In this document: positions 46,850-48,751 of the stretch, piece after piece
Position numbering within the stretch: the first letter of the stretch is position 1
How the letters are laid out: each line of letters starts with the position of its first letter
DNA from: Candidatus Woesearchaeota archaeon
Lineage (GTDB): Archaea > Nanobdellota > Nanobdellia > SCGC-AAA011-G17 > PNOQ01
Assembly: GCA_964481835.1 (NCBI GenBank)
Contig: CAYZTT010000003.1
Location: 1-48,751, forward strand
Direction: 5' to 3'
DNA: 48,751 nucleotides
The notes under the pieces: model-generated
Database searches by the model: none
Seen by the model: the letters and a program-made list of their open reading frames with translations, nothing else
Told to the model about the DNA's origin: nothing
Position numbers and translations under genes: made by a program

Positions 46850-48658
46850 CTAAAGAAGTAATTCGATATCTTTTCCTACTATTTTTTCTAAGTCGCTGAA
46901 TAATTCTGCATTTAGATTTATTGCTTGTTGAATTTCAGTGTCTACTAATGACCTTTCATAGATATCTTTAGTGGATTTTTCAGGATTTTTTAATCTTCCT
47001 TTTACTATATCTACTTTTTCGATTTTATCTCTTTCTTTGATGTTTTTTGTTATGAATGCCTTATCCTTTAGAAGTATGATTTCTCCAATGTTTCCTGCAT
47101 GCTTGAATTTTATTTTTGCTCTTTCAACGCCCAGGAACTTCTTTCTCTGTTCGTGTTCAACTATTGCCCTTATGAATGTCCTGACTTCTCTCTTTACTTT
47201 ATCCGATTCTGCCTTTGTTAGTTTTTTAGCTTTAAAATCAGTATACGATTTTGTAAAGGATTTTAGCTCATTAACAAATGATTCTGGAAGATTCTCAATC
47301 TCTACATATTTTTTGAATCCTGTTTCTAATTTAGTGAATTTTACATTTGAGATTTTTAAGATGTCCTCAATGGTTTTTGTTAGAGCTTTGTACATTTCTG
47401 AGAAAGATTCCTTTTCCGTCTTTTTCTCAATTTGTTTGAATAGTTTTTTTATCCTTTTTAGATATGTCTCTGATTTACTTAATAGATCGTCTATTTCTTT
47501 TCCGGAAATTTCCTTTACTTTCCCATGTTCTATTCCCTTGAAGAATACACGAATGTTTTCAAGAATGTCTACATATTTTTGTTCTAGAATCTTTTCTTTT
47601 TTTACGAAAATGTCTTCTAGTAGTTTCACCGTTTCTGTTGGTGTTGGGGGAGTTACTCCGTATAGCATTAGCGCTGCCTGTGAAGGATTTAATATTCCGT
47701 AGTAGAGGTCTTCTCCAGCAATCATAAGTAATTTTTTTCTTGCTCTTTCTAGTAATTTTTCTCCCATATCCATTTGCATGTCGATTGCTTCCGGGGATGG
47801 GCGTATTCTCCCCATTTTTAGTAAGAGTCTCCAAGGTGTGAAAACTCCTCTATCGTAGATTGGGACTCCATCTCGAAGTAATGTGAATATTACTGGGTGA
47901 GCATCCTTTAGAGATTCCCAGAAATCGGTTAGAATATATACTTGAACATGAAAATCTTTCTTTACACCAGTTATTGCTGCTGCTTCGAAACCTTGGCTTA
48001 TGATTAAGGATCTTAGTTTGTCCTTTAATTCTGCACGAGTCATCCTTCTTACATCGGTATCATCAATTACAACGTAAACATCTATATCGTTTGATTTTTC
48101 GCCTCGGAATAGAGATCCGGCGGCAACATAGCTTACTATGTATTTCTCAAACTTTTGTAGGACCATATTTTTGTGAATCTCTGAGATCTTTAGTGCACCT
48201 AAAAAGTCTGTAGGATCGTATAAAATTGCAGACATCGAAGTTAATTGTAATATTTCGTATTTTGCATCAAATAGAGATTCTTTTACTTCTGAGATTGTGT
48301 ATACCTCTGGGTAGATTTCTTTATCTACCTCTACGGCTAGCTTATCTAGTTCTTTGAATAACTTATCCCTTAGTTTGAAATCTGGTTGAATTTTTGCTTT
48401 TGAATCATCAACAACAACTAGAATTGAAATTTTCCTTTCATCTTTTTTTGTATCTTGTTGTATTGGGGGTAGATTTGGAACCCCTGCGGCTTTTTGAGGA
48501 GGCAATAGTGCTATTCCGAGAATATGTTTTTTATGAGTCTTTAGAATTTTATCTTTATATTTTTCAGCCTTCTCTTTAATTTTTTCTACTTCTTTCTTAA
48601 TTTTCTCTTGCTCTTCCGGGGATGGTAATTGTTGTGGTGAGAAAGGTGGTTGATTCAT
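46850..48658 (-). CDS. large (602 aa) nucleotidyltransferase + helical-domain protein, paralog of 41578..42555 with N- and C-terminal extensions
   Basis: AAGSLFRGEKSNDIDVYVVIDD. Collinear similarity to the 325-aa protein (HPVIFTLLRDGVPIYDRGVFTPWRLLLKMGRIRPSPEAI vs EPAVINMIRFGETLIDHGGFYNPLKVLLAKGKIRPTPESI; HGKVKEISGKEID vs HGNVKYLEGKEID). Confidence 0.65.
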   Translation of the reverse strand: MNQPPFSPQQLPSPEEQEKIKKEVEKIKEKAEKYKDKILKTHKKHILGIALLPPQKAAGVPNLPPIQQDTKKDERKISILVVVDDSKAKIQPDFKLRDKLFKELDKLAVEVDKEIYPEVYTISEVKESLFDAKYEILQLTSMSAILYDPTDFLGALKISEIHKNMVLQKFEKYIVSYVAAGSLFRGEKSNDIDVYVVIDDTDVRRMTRAELKDKLRSLIISQGFEAAAITGVKKDFHVQVYILTDFWESLKDAHPVIFTLLRDGVPIYDRGVFTPWRLLLKMGRIRPSPEAIDMQMDMGEKLLERARKKLLMIAGEDLYYGILNPSQAALMLYGVTPPTPTETVKLLEDIFVKKEKILEQKYVDILENIRVFFKGIEHGKVKEISGKEIDDLLSKSETYLKRIKKLFKQIEKKTEKESFSEMYKALTKTIEDILKISNVKFTKLETGFKKYVEIENLPESFVNELKSFTKSYTDFKAKKLTKAESDKVKREVRTFIRAIVEHEQRKKFLGVERAKIKFKHAGNIGEIILLKDKAFITKNIKERDKIEKVDIVKGRLKNPEKSTKDIYERSLVDTEIQQAINLNAELFSDLEKIVGKDIELLL

Positions 48659-48714
48659 TTTAATTCTAAGGAATTTATAAAGTTTTTAAATGTTTTGGTA
48701 AAAAAAGAAAAAAA

Positions 48715-48751
48715 TTAGAAATCTAGTTCGTCTAAGTTTATGTCATCTAAC
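48715..48751 (-). CDS. 3' end of an unidentified gene running off the window (last 11 codons, ...LDDINLDELDF)
   Basis: Open frame to the window edge ending in TAA (48715-48717). Too short to identify. Confidence 0.3.
   Translation of the reverse strand, partial: LDDINLDELDF

Noticed and set aside
46971-47702. 243-aa plus-strand ORF opposite the 602-aa gene
   Set aside because: Its Phe/Ser/Leu-rich translation is the complement of a Lys/Glu-rich coding strand. The minus-strand frame has clear NTase motifs and a paralog in the window.

Overview
AT-rich (about 35-40% GC by eye, not computed) archaeal chromosome segment, most consistent with a small-genome DPANN-type archaeon. Evidence is the archaeal/eukaryal-type information genes: S27ae, S24e, Spt4, Rpo7, aIF2-gamma, S6e, aIF5B, L24e, S28e, L7Ae, L10e, L35Ae, NAC, Sec61-beta, archaeal TyrRS and GluRS, plus TTTATAAA TATA boxes 22-30 nt upstream of many start codons. 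The window opens in the 3' end of 23S rRNA. It also holds an RNase P RNA, two different tRNA-His(GUG) genes just upstream of hisS, gyrB-gyrA, PEP synthase, and the conserved clusters rpoE-spt4-rps24e-rps27ae and rpl7ae-rps28e-rpl24e-ndk-infB-rps6e-eif2g. Several accessory blocks lie between these core genes. (1) 8.6-13.0 kb: a GH33-like sialidase, a PIN protein, and two tandem secreted proteins built from a minimal RHS-core module with unrelated C-terminal domains (polymorphic-toxin architecture). (2) 22.1-27.2 kb: a third RHS-core toxin paralog, orphan genes, a nucleotidyltransferase plus acidic-protein pair, and an SRP54 gene whose M domain is replaced by unrelated sequence at an apparent composition break. 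(3) 29.9-35.6 kb: a bacterial-type OMP-like beta-barrel protein, a Cys-rich secreted protein, and a 1472-aa Cys-rich predicted lipoprotein with three beta-helix modules and a transglutaminase-like Cys-His-Asp core. (4) 37.7-42.6 kb: a bacterial-type lipoprotein signal peptidase (LspA) next to an uncharacterised, translationally coupled three-gene operon. I saw no CRISPR array, transposase or integrase. All calls come from reading the sequence and the ORF translations. No database search was run, so family names are motif-based, and RNA ends, GC statements and domain borders are approximate.
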